Shown here: one piece after another, positions 36,683 through 48,949 of the stretch
How the letters are laid out: each line of letters opens with the position of its first letter
How positions within the stretch are numbered: the first letter of the stretch is position 1
From: Raillietiella orientalis
Taxonomy: Eukaryota
NCBI GenBank assembly: GCA_036172245.1
Contig: JAYWIR010000002.1
Location: 7,006,001-7,070,000, forward strand
Reading direction: 5' to 3'
Length of the DNA stretch: 64,000 nucleotides
Program-made: the position numbers and the translations under genes
Notes under the pieces: generated by a model
What the model was told of the DNA's origin: nothing
Database searches by the model: none
What the model saw: the letters and a program-made list of their open reading frames with translations, nothing else

Positions 36683-38460
36683 GCAACCCGGTTTCGCAGG
36701 GGCTTTTATTTATGCAAAACAAACAAACAGGTCAGTGGTAGGATGCTTGGTCCTGCCACGTTGCAAATTCAAGAAGAGGAACCTGCCGAGAGAACCGGCA
36801 CGCAGGCCGGCGAGGTTCGGCAGCAGAGGGCGGGAGAAGGAGACAACAAAAAAATATATTCAGAAAAAATTGTGAGGGTTCGGGGAGGAATTACTTTGTG
36901 CTGCAGGGCGACCTTTGCATCTTTTGCAGGATGCAAGTTCTTGTTTCAAGGCTCCCAGGTGCTGTGATGCTGTCCCCATGAAGAGGACGGCAAAATGGAT
37001 GGCGTCGCTGCCGTTCTGGCCTCCTCTTGCGTCACGATTCCGTGTAGGCAGTACAGAGCTGCTGGGGATGCGGCAGGCATGAGCGCGTCGCGCAGGAGGA
37101 GGCGCTTCAAAACGACTCTAGGGTTGCCCTCGGGGATCCGCAGGGACGAGGAAAGGACGCGTTCCCACAGGGGATGGAGGGCAACACAATCCATAAGCAG
37201 GTGAGGGAGGGACTCTCTCTCTCGCCGTACCTCACTTCCGGGTCCAATGATGTCGGCGGGCGTTGCACGGGAGGCCCCAATGCAACAGCAGAGTCGCCGA
37301 CTCCTGCCACTTTATGGGGGGGGGGGAAGGGTTGCACTGTTCCAACACGCTGGGGGCCACTTCACCCCTTCTGGAGCAATTTGTAGCAGCTCTCTCCAGT
37401 GTAGCAGTCCTTTTGGTGGGCAATCCGGGTGGCAGCGCCCGCCAGCTGCCGAGTTGTCCACTTGTCCACGCAACCAGTTGTTTCTTCTTGCAGAGGGAGG
37501 GGAATTCTTCTTCCAGGAAGGCAGGTTTCCTCCGGGAGGTGAGTTTGCATCGCCTGGCCAGAGTCCTGGAGCGGTCCGTTTGGCTGGAGGGACTCATCTC
37601 GCGACGACCACTCCAGCGCGAAAGCTAGAATCCTCTCCCTCTGACCTGAGACTTTGGCTTCGCCCGGGAAAGGTGCCTTGCCTATGGCGGCGTCTCCAAG
37701 AACTGCGACGGCTTCCTCAGAAAGACCCAAACAGGGACGAAGGGAACCCTGGGCAAAAGTTTCCAAAAAAAGACGAAAAAATCCACCACAGAAACGAAGT
37801 GGCCGACTCCACCGGAACAGCGGAGGAAACGAGGCAGAGGAGGGGAGGGGGTTACACTCTGTCACTAGGGACAGATTCTCATGCTCTCTGACCGCATCTG
37901 GCCACTCCAGAAAGATCCTTTCTTTCTCCTTCGTCGGGATTCCAATCCAGATCCCGATCGAGGGAACGTTCGGAGAGACGGAACCACTGACCTCCGAAAA
38001 AGGTCTTTTTCGAGATGCTTCAGGAGGTTGGAAACCTCGTGAAACATTCCGAAAACGACCTTCCTTGGAGGGAAGATGAAGCTACCAAATGAGAGAAGAA
38101 GCTGCCCGTTTTCCATTACGCTCGAGTTAACTGAATGGCCGTTCCGAGAGACATATCCCTAGGACACTCTGGTCGCTTTCCAGGGACCTTTTCCTAGAAC
38201 ATCCCCCTCCCAAAGATGAAAAGAGGAAGAAGAGCAACGAGAAATCTGAAGCTGGGATCATCGGTTGCAGCTGAGCTTCGTACAGAAGACCGGGACGAGA
38301 TCTGCAGCCAAGGGTAAAGGGAGAATTCCGGGATTTCCCATCAGGGGGAGGAGCTGTTCCTCGAAAGGTCACCAGGACTTCGAGGAGGAATCGAGGGATG
38401 GTGAAATTTTTGGAACCTCCTCTGACAAGGCGGATGGAGGAAACGATTCGAAGGCCAGCG
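36683..38460 (-). mobile_element. LINE 3' portion (copy D)
   Basis: SVLGICL, FPRSG..IGIP, WTSGQL, PIKWQESATLLLHWGLPCNARRHHW, HLLMDCVALHPLWER, KRLLLRDALMPAASPAALYC. Structured 3' UTR at 36683-36823 with AATAAA (tttatt 36705-36710). Confidence 0.75.
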
Positions 38461-40399
38461 GGCAGCCACCTCCCTACGAGGCTCGTTCCATGCATCTTCT
38501 TCCGGACTGGGGAGAGCGGCGAGCAGGGAAGAACGCAGGGCAGGGAAAGACGCGAGCGAAAGACGCGCTTGGGCGGAGAGCGGATGTCAGCGCCGAGACG
38601 GCACGAAGGCGTGCGGTAGAACAGGTGGCGGGCAGCACGCGTGCTGCCCAAGGAACCGGACAGCGCGCGCGCGCGCCGCCGCAACCACCCCCACCCCACT
38701 CTCGCGCCCCAGAAATGAAAAAGAAAATTCCGACCAAGGCCGCTTGCCTGGAAGGCGCGAGAGCTGCTGCTGCTTCCCCGGATCGATCGCCTTTCTCCTT
38801 TCCCGAGAGAGCGCGGGGAGCTGAGACAACGGATCGGCGGCGGTGACCTTGAAGGGGGACGCGTCTCAAGCGCGGATCTCCCAGTTGGCAGCCCTCTCGC
38901 ATCTCCTGAGCCTGGCGCGGGTTCGGCGAGGCGGTCCCGTGACCACACTTCTCCGACATTCCTAACGTTCACTTTTCCGGGACTCTCGATTTCGCCACGC
39001 CGCTCCTGCCTTTCCCCTCCTCTCCCCGCCCCCCCGACGCATCCTCTTCCAGAAAAAGGAAAAAAAAGGGGATACGAGTCCTGGTCTTCCTCCTCCTCCT
39101 CCTCCTCTCCTCTTCCCGGATGCCACGCGGGGAAACGCAAGAGGATGTGCAGCCTTGAATCTCCATGGAAACCCGGGGAACGAGTCGGAAACGCGCACGA
39201 GTGCAGGCGCCGAACGCATAGGCGTGTTCCTTTATTGGCGGGAATCTGCGCGCGCATGCGGAACGCCCGCTCGTGACAGATCCGTGCCCACGCGGGCGCT
39301 TGCTTGGGGACGCGTGCGGAGGTATCGTCGCTGCACACGCACGGCACCGTGTCGCAAGCGGGGTTCCCGTGCTGCGTGAAACACACGGGTGGGGGTGCCA
39401 CACGGGTCGCCGTGCCTGGGTTGGATGGGTGCCGCCTGCTTCCAAGCAAACGAGCCATCCTTGCCCCAAGGGCACAGAGGAAATGGAGCCGAAACGGAGC
39501 CTTGGCAGGCCTCCTTTCCGCGATACCTCATCCTTGGGGAGACTCTGAAGAATTGGGAAGGAAGGAAGGGGGAGACGGTCTCCAGCGAACCTGAACGGGA
39601 CCTCCGCGGGCACAGTCGGACTCCCCGCACGTGAGATCGGAAACGCCTCATTTGGTCCTCAGCAGATCGGGAAGGAAGCATCCTCCCGAACCCTGCCCAG
39701 CTGCCCGGCAGCGTCTCAGGTCGACAGCAAGGGAAGAGAGCTATCGCGAAAAGACCAAGAAAGGGCCAAGAGGTTTTTTTGGTTTTCTTGGCCAGAGGGC
39801 CAAGAAAACCAAAGATTAATAAAAAATGTTGAACCAAAGATTGAATCTGTAATGGAGAATCTAAGTATGAAATATTCTAAGGATGAGGGGAGAAGATGCA
39901 GCGGCCAGCAGTCGCTCGGGAGCGGAAATCCTTGGCTGCCGGGAGAAGGGAACCTCTGGGAGGAGTCGGGAGAAAGGAAAAAAAGGAAGAAGGAATCTCT
40001 CCCCTGCCTCCCATGGGGGAGGGTGGGGGGGATTGTGCAGTCCGAAGCAGTCAGCTTCAATCTGAGGTTTCATAAGCGCTCCAGGAAGGCAAGCGAGCGT
40101 TTCCTTGGGGAGCAGTCCCCCCTCCCTCTTGAAAAGGAGGCCAAACGACCGACGATGTCGATCCTCAGGCGATTGAAGAGGAACGGAAGTCGGAGATCTC
40201 CCCAACCGAAAGGGTGAATCGTTACAGGGGGCTTCCCTTCTCTTGGGAACCCGCGGCATCCACGATAAGCGACGTGCGCTTACCCCCTTCCCCCCCTCCC
40301 CTTCAGTGTGGACTTCTGCCGACCCCTGACACAGCACCGCTCCACATCTGCAAACAGTCGGGCGTATGCACAGGAGACCACCTGAAAGCGGTTCGAGTG

Positions 40400-41345
40400 G
40401 TTGTAGCATCACCACGGGGCAACTTATATTGCTTCAGCTGCTGCGACCAAAGTGGGGCTTTCAGGAACTGGCAGGAAGGCAGCAGCTTCGCCCACCAGTG
40501 AGCCCCCCTCCGGTGCCAACGTGCTCGGGGATGAATCCGGCGGAGGTGCCGACTCGGCTCGCAGAGTTTTGGGATTCGAAAGAACTAATCCCCTCCCCCC
40601 CTCCCCCGAGTGGATTTCGCGAGCGCAGTGCGGCGCGGTCAGTCGGCACGGAGTGACGGTCCGCACTTCCCGGGCGACATGGCGCGCTTCCCAACGGAAC
40701 CCGAGACATGGGCAGGTGCAGCTCCACGCAAGATCCAATTTCGCGATTTCATGAGAACGAAGGTGCCATCGGCGCGGAGAGTTGGGAAAGCACCGTGACC
40801 CCGACCATCAACAGGCGAGACGAAGGGGGCTGTAGATCCGAACTGCGTCAGGTTCGGAGTACGGGAATCCTTCCCCTACCCCGAACGCTTCCAGAGACGT
40901 GTTCAAGCACCTCTTTGTGCGCGATGCCCTTTCTCCTGACGCAGCCCTAGAAACAATTTGCTGCCTACGTGGGATTGTGGAGGCCTGGAGCAACGCCACT
41001 GGTGGACAGCACCACAGGGACGCCATCTGCTTTGCCCTAAGCTTCCTGAGGACGGCAGCAAGATGGCTCCACTTGGGGCATACTCAGATGGAACTTGCCG
41101 GCATCCTGTAAAGGATGTAGAGGACGACCTGCAGTGGAACGTGATCCCTTCCCCAGCACCAGTCTTTGTAAATAGCGCTCTTTTTTTTCTTTTTCTTTTT
41201 GTTTGTCTCCTCCCCCTCCACTGCCGAGTCGAACCTCGCCGGCCTGCGTGCCGGTGACTCGGCAAGTTCCGAACTCTTTCGGACGTTGTAGGGTCGATGG
41301 CCCTACACATGTTTGTTTGTTTCAAAATAAATGCCCCGGGTGTCA
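40400..41345 (+). mobile_element. LINE 3' end (copy E)
   Basis: ITTGQL, DPNCVRFGVRESF, KHLFVRDAL..CCLRGIVEAWSNA..DAICFALSFLRTAARWLHLG..ELAGIL. Hairpins at 41222-41264 and 41287-41307, AATAAA at 41326-41331. Confidence 0.75.
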
Positions 41346-41529
41346 AAACAAGCGAGACAGTGCGTTCGCTTGGAAAGTGCCACCTCCCCACCCCATCCCC
41401 CATCCTCTGTCCGACCAAGCAGGAAGGAACCGAACGAGAGCGGAAGAGTCGGCAACCGGCGCATTCTCGATGCGCAGACTGGCTGGAGGACAACACACAC
41501 GGTCCTCCTCACCGTCGTTTCGTCTTCCT

Positions 41530-41640
41530 CCTCCCTGAAGGAGCAGATTGGCAGCGACCTACCGGCAAGGTGGAAGGTCTCCTAGTTGAGCTCACCTCCA
41601 GGAGAAAAAAAAGGACTTGGGTGGCTGGACCGCAGGCACA
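41530..41640 (+). mobile_element. Short internal fragment of the same LINE family
   Basis: SLKEQIGSDLPARW..LVELTSRRK resembles CLREQVGSNPPARC..LIELTPRKK of copy H (about 42890-43000, minus). Confidence 0.55.
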
Positions 41641-42179
41641 CTTCTTGTCACATTTCTTCTTTCGCGGGAGGCGTGACGTCAGCATTCGGTCGCATCTCCT
41701 TCCGCCCACCGAGGAAGGGTGCAGATCAGTCCGAAATCTCCGAGTGGCAAGGAAGGTTCCTGAAGGAAGACCCACGCCAGGTTACGGCCGGCGGCGGGAG
41801 CAGACGCACTTCTCCTCTCGGACTTGGGACGGCAGCGCCGAAGAAGAATTGCTGCTTCGGGACTGTCTCTTCCCTCCGCCAACATGCCGGAGGAGGAAGC
41901 GGTTCAGCAGCGTTCTGTCGAGGTTTCCTTGGCCACGAAGGTCTTCTTGGAACTGTGAGAGACGCAAACTTCTCGGCTGGATCGCATGCGAATGAGCGCA
42001 AGAAACTCCGGTGGTACTCTACCACCAACGAATGTTCCCTCGGCTACTGAATAGTCGGGTGATGGAGTCTGCGTCAGTTCCTCATCGGAGCGGAAGGTTC
42101 GTTCGTACCATCCATTGCTGGAATCCGAGGTCTCGGCAAAAGACCGAGGAGGAAGATCGCCTTTCCAACTGGCTGCTCC

Positions 42180-43010
42180 CGGAGACGTTCATTTAGGGAG
42201 AAAGCAAGCTCACAAAAGCAGTGGTCACCGTCCTCAAGCACGAGACCTGCCGACAAGCCGGTGCGTAGACCGACGAGGGAGGCAGAGGAGAGAGGGACAA
42301 ACAAAAATAAAATGCAGCTATGCCTTGGTACTCGTCGGTAATTCGTTCCAGAACTCGTGACGAGTTCCAACACCGTCGACAACCGAGGTGCCCCTGCCTG
42401 CTGGAGGGTAAGTGCTCGAAAACCTCTGGAGGGATCGGGAAGGGATCAATGCCTGCTCGAGGGCATCCCCTGCATCCTTTCCGGATGAGGATGCGTGTTC
42501 TCCAGATGGGCGTATCTCGTTGCAGTCCTCAGGAAACGGACTGCGAAGCGGCTGGCGTCCCTGTTCTGGTGACCTCTTTCGTTGGCGCTCCAAGTAGCCA
42601 CAGTCCCGCGGAGGCAGCAAAGAGCTGCTGGGCATTGTGTGCTGTCGTTGCGGGTCTACAGGGTCATGGCAAGACGTTCCCACAAGGGCTGGAGGGCAGC
42701 ACAATCCACGGTCAGGTGCGAGAGGGATTCTCGCTCTCCACCCCCTCCATTCCTGGGTATAGTGATGTCCTGCCACTTGAGAGGGTGTGCGTGTACTGGA
42801 GCGCTGGAGTCCACTCGAGGTCTTCCCGGGGAATCTCCAGCAGCTCGCCCCGGCGTGAGAGTACTTTCGATGGGGCACTTGGAGTCGCCGCGCGCTGGTC
42901 CGCGGTCCAACCACCTGAGTCCCTCTTTTTTCCTGGGAGTGAGCTCGATCAGGACACCTTTGCACCTTGCCGGTGGGTTGCTACCAACCTGCTCCCTCAG
43001 GCAGGAGGCC
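42180..43010 (-). mobile_element. LINE 3' end (copy H)
   Basis: PLKWQDIT..GERESLSHLTVDCAALQPLWERL, T-rich UTR, CTGCC..GTCGG-tctacgca-CCGGC..CGGCAG, and AATGAACGTC end. Confidence 0.75.
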
Positions 43011-44099
43011 GAAACGTTTCCGAGGAGGACTGTGTGATTCCCGCGGCGCTCAGGAGATGTCCCGAAAGATCGCGGCACCATCCAGATCGGATGCTTCCCG
43101 AACAGGGATGCGCGCGCAAGTGCGCCCTGGAAAGACGAACCCATCCGGGGGCGAAGAACGCCAAGAGAAGGGGAAGGGAAACCAAGGTCTCCCCGCTCAG
43201 TGGAACGAGAACCAGAGCCGCGACGCTGAGAATCTGGAGGTTCCTGAGCGACGTTTCCCGCCCTCGCGTCGACGCTCCACCGGAGGGAAGGACTCGGAGA
43301 CGCGCTGCGGGGCAACAGCAGCTTCCTCGATCTGAACCTCATCTCTCTGCACGTCTTTCGAGCTTCACCCTTCCTCCGTCTTCCGCGTTCTTCCCGGGAA
43401 GTCAACTCGAAAAGCTGACGAGGAGAGGGGGAAAGGGTGGTCGCCAGGGGAACTTCCGGAGGCGGATTCCAGGGGGATCCAAAGGATGCCCTGCCGCGCC
43501 TCCACGGCAGATGGGTGAGCACGCAGCTCCGTCCGCGGGGCGAGCTCTCGCAGAGGGGGGGAATTTGATGTGACCGTGATGACGAAGAGCGGACCGGACA
43601 AAGGGCACTGTCGGTGTGCTGCACCGTCGATTTCTCGTTCGCCGCCGCTCCGCTGCACCCGGAACCAACCACACCGGTGGGCCCTCCAGCAAGTCACGGC
43701 CGGAGACCAGGCTGTCGCCGCCAGTCGAACGGATTTCTGTGCTGGCCGCCCGAGGCAGCCACGTGCGTGCGGCGGCGGCGGCGAGCCCGCGACCCCGATT
43801 GCTCCGGGAGTTGGTGAGGATCTTCTTCGAGGATGCGTTCCTTCCATTCTTCCGAACATTCATTCATTTAGGGTTGGTATGGTGGGGAAAGGGGGCACTA
43901 CTACCCTGTATGCAGAGAAAGCGGATCTTTGGAAGGAGTGGCTCGCATTAGAAGCCCTTCCTGTCCCTCGAGGAAGGAAAGGGGGCCGCCTCCCCTCGTC
44001 TCCGAGGCGACCCGCAAACAGGACGGGGCGGAAGAACAGGAGCTGCACGGCTGGCGGGACTCAGCGGTCCGGTTGTTACCATCGATTGTAATCCAGATG

Positions 44100-45031
44100 C
44101 ACCGGGGTGTTTATTTCATATAAAATAATCTCAATCTCTCTGGTTGGACCCGTAGTCCAGCCACGTCCGTTTTCGGAACAAATCTGCCGCGTTACCGGTG
44201 CGCAAACCGGTGTAGTACGCCACGGCAATAGAGGGGAGGCAGCAGACAAAAACAAAAACAAAAATAAAAAGAAGCTTGGGGGAAGGGAGGGGGAGTGAGA
44301 GAAGAGATCACGTTCCGCTGGGGGGGGGGGGGGACGGTCCTCTGAATTCTCTCGAGGATGCCGGCAAGCTCTTGCTGGATGAGGTTTTCCAGGTGGGGTC
44401 ATCTCGTTGCCATCCTTATGAAGCGGACTGCAAAGTGGATGTGGCACCCCTGTCGCTGTGCTCTCCTCTTGCGTCTCTCCAGGAAACGACGGTCCTGCGC
44501 GGGCAGCGGAGAGCTGCTGGTGGCGAGGCTGCCGGCCGAAGTGCGTCGCGTAGGAGAAGGGGCCTTACAGCGTCCCTGAAGTGGCCGCCGGGGGGTTCAC
44601 AGGGTCGTGGCAAAACGTTCCCAGAGGGGCCGGTGGACAGCACAATCCTACAAGCATGTGCAGGAGAGGATTCGCTCTCTCCGCTCCTGGCACAGTTCGG
44701 GTTCCCCTCTCTTCGCCGTGATGCTGATGGGCGTTGCACGGGCGATCCCAGTGCAGCAGCAACAGCGTCGACTCCTGCCACTTTAAGGGGAGGGTGCTGG
44801 TGGTGTCCAAGAGCACTGCAGGTTGAACCACTGCAGACCTTCCTCCGGAATACCCAGCAGCTCACGTCAGCGCAAAAGTCCTCGAGGTGGGGCAATTGGG
44901 GTCGCAGCGTCCTTAAGCTGGTCTGTCGTCCACTCATCCAGTCCTCTTCTCTTTCCGCAGGTTTCCATGGAAACATCCCATCTAGCCGCAAGGCTGCTGC
45001 CTACACATTCCCTCAGGGAGGGCAGCGCTGC
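44100..45031 (-). mobile_element. LINE 3' end (copy F), inverted twin of copy A
   Basis: 44109-44992 is a near-identical reverse complement of 11772-12649. It extends a little further 5' (CCCTCAGGGAGGGCAGCGCTGC shared with copy I at about 3780). Confidence 0.8.
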
Positions 45032-46183
45032 GGCAAGGGTGGTCGTTACCATGGAGGGCTGCGGTGGCTGGGACGGGTCGAACAGTCCGCAAGCGTGGCA
45101 CTTTTGCGACAGTTGCTCCGGGGATACTGGTCATTCGGCCGTTGGAGAGGGCGAGCCGCCCCTTCCGTCCCGAGTTGTTCCTCATGGACTGCTTGCGCGG
45201 GCGCCCAGAAGGAAACTGAGGGGGAGGGGCGACCAAGCCCGTAGAAACCGCCTGCCGGGAAAACTACGGATCGCAGTCTCAGACTCCGAACCGGCAGGAG
45301 GCGAGTGTGAGGAAACGGAAGCTGCGGACTCTGGGAGATGCGAGGATTTCAGACCCTTTGCCTCTCGCAAGAAGTGAGTGGGCAGCTTGCCGCGATCCAG
45401 AACGACTTGAGGGAAAGATTTCATCTTCTCCGAGCATGCTGCGAGCCGGACCCTTTGAGGGAACGACTGCCTTCATCAGGGTCGGGGATGCTCGCTCTGG
45501 AGAGGCGAGGAATATCATCGTGTCCTCCTACAGCGACTTCCCCGGGTCGTCCCTGTTTTGCCTGCTGAGCCGTCCAGAAGCTGCCGCCGAGCACGTTTCA
45601 AAGCCACCACTAGCCACCGCGTGGTCTTGTCCGGAACATCGGAAGTCCCGAATCAGAGAGCCTGACCGGAGACTGACGATGACAATCAGGAAGGTACGTC
45701 CGTCTGCACGGGACCCCAGAACCGTCCCGCTCCGGATGAGCGTGGACGCCAGGGACCGCCGGTGGCGGCAACAGCGGCACAATGCGACCTCGGAAGTCCT
45801 CGGCTAGAGGAGCATTCCTGGACGCGAACCCAAGAGCGGGTGGGTGAATCACGGAACGGGGAGCAGCTGCGGGACAGCATCCTCCTTCTCCTTTAAAACC
45901 GCGCAGGTTGCACCAAGCAGTGGCCACCGGGGAGGAGACGAGATGCGGAGGCGGGCCGGGAGGACGCGCGCCGTAGATCGCGTGGCAGCGCCTGGGGAAG
46001 AGCCCACGCACATTCCGAAGGGACGAGGACGCCGGCGATTCCTCGGGGGCCGCAGCCTCTCCTGGGCAACGGCGACGACAGAGTCCTCAAGGACAGAGGA
46101 CGATGCGCCCGCGGGGGTGCGCGACCGGCCGGCGGCCTCGCGTCGGCAGTCGTTGGAGCCGCGGGCGGCTCCGCTCCCGGATG

Positions 46184-46400
46184 CCTTTCCTACCCTCGAG
46201 GAAGGAAAAGGTGAGAGTGAGATGGCTGCAGTTCCCTTCCTCGTTTCCGAGGCGACTCACAAACAGGACGGGACGGAAGAACGGGAGCCGAGCGGCTGGT
46301 GGGAATGGAATTCGCCCCTCCCCTTCTTTCCACGTCTTCCCGGGAAGCCAACTCGGGAAACGATGTGAGGAAAGGATAACCGGGGGGAACTTCCGGTTTT
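46184..46400 (+). repeat. Dispersed repeat with diverged partial copies at 43955-44060 and 43375-43460
   Basis: Shared CCCTCGAGGAAGGAAA..TCCGAGGCGAC.C.CAAACAGGACGGG.CGGAAGAAC.GGAGC and TCTTCCCGGGAAG.CAACTCG..GGGGAACTTCCGG. Confidence 0.7.
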
Positions 46401-47554
46401 CCCCTCTTCCTCGTTCCCGCGTGACCAGATGCCGCCTGGAAGGGCGGCTTCTCGGCACCGCCCGTGCGAGCTTCATGGTAATAACAGGACCACGGAGTCC
46501 AGCCAGCCGTGCAGCTCTGTGCTGTTCCGCTCAACCGGAAGTGGGTCCCTCCGATCGGGGTGAACACGTCGTGTTTGGAGCACACGGTGGTGGTGCACCG
46601 GGGATGGGTGGGGGAGGGGGGAAGAGGAGGAGGAGGAGACGAGTGTCTCGAGGGTGCCGAGCCACTTCTTCAGAGGAGCACTCCCTCCTCTCCGCGCGCG
46701 AGAAGTGGTCCAGAGGGAATCATCGACAAAGAGTTGAGGCTCCCGAGTTTCCCGGAGCACCCGCGGAAAGGAGAGGAGGAAGCTTGGAGGAGAGGAAGCG
46801 ACTTGGCCTCCAGGAGGAAGCCAGCGGGTGGCGAGGGAGGTTGGAGCCATCCGTGGTTCTGCGTACCCCCGAAGACCTAGGAAAAGATGCCTTGCGGAGC
46901 GAAACGGTCCCAGTGAAGATGGGGGGGGATGAAGGAGGAACGAACTCGAAGTCAAGCTCGGCAGCCCGTGGGGCGTCTTCTCTTCCTCAGGGCTCGCAGC
47001 CACACGCGGCGAAGGGTCCGGAGAGTGCGCGCAGGCGCAGGCAGGCAAGAAGACGCCCCTGGCAATGGCACCCGGAGGTGGTGGCGAGGGACGATAACGA
47101 CGTGGAATTCCGGGAGGCGACAGACAGAAGGGAAGAACCCGAAGGGATGCGGAGCGTCTTCGTAGTCACGGAGGGGGCGTTTCGAGAGTTCCCGGACGGG
47201 GACCACCGCCTCACCAGGAAATGACGCATCGATGGCTCTCGGCCGAGGTGAGTCCCTTGCAAGCTCGTCTCTCGGGGCTCTCCTCCTCTCCTCCTCCCCT
47301 CTTCTTCGCGGGATCGGGCGACGCAGAGGGAGCGATCGAAACGAGCAAATGGTGTTCCCGTTCGCACCGTCTGCTGCAGAGACGAGGCGGGAAGCAGGGA
47401 GAGCAGGATTCCCGGCTGGCAGACGAGGACCGCGAACGACACGCCGTCGGTCGGGTCGAGGCGCCAGGAACAGCGGAGGTCTTCCTGACTCCTCCTCCGG
47501 AGTCCGGATGACTGCCGTTCTGCGTGTCGCGGTTTGGCACGGGAGGCGCCAATC

Positions 47555-47710
47555 CAGAAGGAGGAAGGGAGAAAGAGCAGGAGGAAAGGAGGAGGAGGAG
47601 GAGAAATAAAAAGGGAGGAACAAGAAGAGGAGAGAAGAAGGAGGAAGGGAGGAAGAGGAGGGGGAAGAGGGAATAAGAGGAAGGGAGGAGTGGAGGGAGA
47701 GGAGAAGAAG
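47555..47710 (+). repeat. Polypurine (GGA/GAA) tract
   Basis: About 155 bp of nearly pure A/G. Confidence 0.9.
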
Positions 47711-48539
47711 CGGGGTGCGACCTCGGAATGAAGGACGCAGCACGCAAGGGAAACCCCACCTCTCCCTCCTCCCTCTCGCCTCGACCCCCTCCTCTTTAGG
47801 GAAGCCTCCCCGTCCTGCGAGGGAGACAAAGGCGGGAGGAGGGAGAAGGAGCCATCCATTCCCCTCCCCCCTTACCGTCCCTTTCCGTACTCCTCGAAGA
47901 GAATGCATTCGACAGAGGGACGAAGGGGTCGGGAGGAAGGCAAGGAGATCAAATGCGGACAGAGGGTGTGTGGATGCTGGGTCATCGGACATCCCGGTGC
48001 CTCTCCTCGGCAGCGCAGGAGGAAAACCCGAGGTCCCTCCGAAGAGACACGGCTGCTAAAAGGGGCGGCATCAGGATGCACCCCGCCTTCCGTCTTCTCC
48101 CGAACGGGATCCGGGAGAGCGCGCTCGAATCTCCCCGGAAAGGACCGAAGCCGAGAATGGGAAAGAGGGGGGCGCCTTGGGTTTCGGGCTTCCTCCCGCA
48201 GGGTGGCACCGTCGGTTCCACGGGCCTCTCGGGCGAAGGACTCGGAAACCGGGAGCCCCCGCGGACCAAACTGAATGGGAATGGGAGGTGGGGAGGGTGC
48301 CTCACGAGGAATGAGAGGGGGTAGGGGTGGAGGAAAAGTGGGGGAGGCCTCGTGGACGTCCTCGATATGCGGCGGTTCGGAAGCGGCGAGTTCAGCTGCC
48401 GCCGACGCCGTGAGCGAGGTCTTTCGCAGGCGGGAAGCTGCGACACTCCCTCCTCTCTGTCCAGCTATCGAGGAACGGCACCATGCTCCCTTTTCTTCCT
48501 TCCTCTTCTCTTCGAAACGCGCTCCGGAACTGTTCATGC

Positions 48540-48600
48540 ACGATGACGATCACGACGACCACGAAGACTACGACCACAACGACCACGACCACGACTACGC
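48540..48600 (+). repeat. Imperfect (GACCAC)n / (ACG)n simple repeat
   Basis: cgatgacgatcacgacgaccacgaagactacgaccacaacgaccacgaccacgactac. Confidence 0.85.
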
Positions 48601-48949
48601 CGAAGCGCACCGAGAGCAGCGCGTCGTCCCGCCGCCGCCGCCGCCGTCATTGCATCCTTTTGGAAGGGGGGGAAAAAAAAAGCGCGTGATTTTTCACAGA
48701 TCAAATTCCGTACCCGAACCGAAATTCCAGCCTCCGCAAGCGGCGGCGGCACGAAATGCAGCCGAGTTCCCCCTTCCCCCCCGACTCCTCCCCTCTCTAC
48801 CCCCCCCCCCTCTCACTCCTCGTCTCGCTTCGTCTTTACTTTTCGTCTCTGGTTCCATCCTTCTGCGTGATGCACACGTTGGGAGCGGTAATCAGCCCAC
48901 GGGAAGATGTCACCGTTGTTATGCCAACGGCGGCGGCGAAGGGAATCTC

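Noticed and set aside
45035..45200. Zinc-knuckle-like HFCDSCSGDTGH suggesting LINE ORF1; similar hint at about 20140-20195
   Set aside because: Spacing does not fit CX2CX4HX4C and the final Cys is not in place. Too weak to call.
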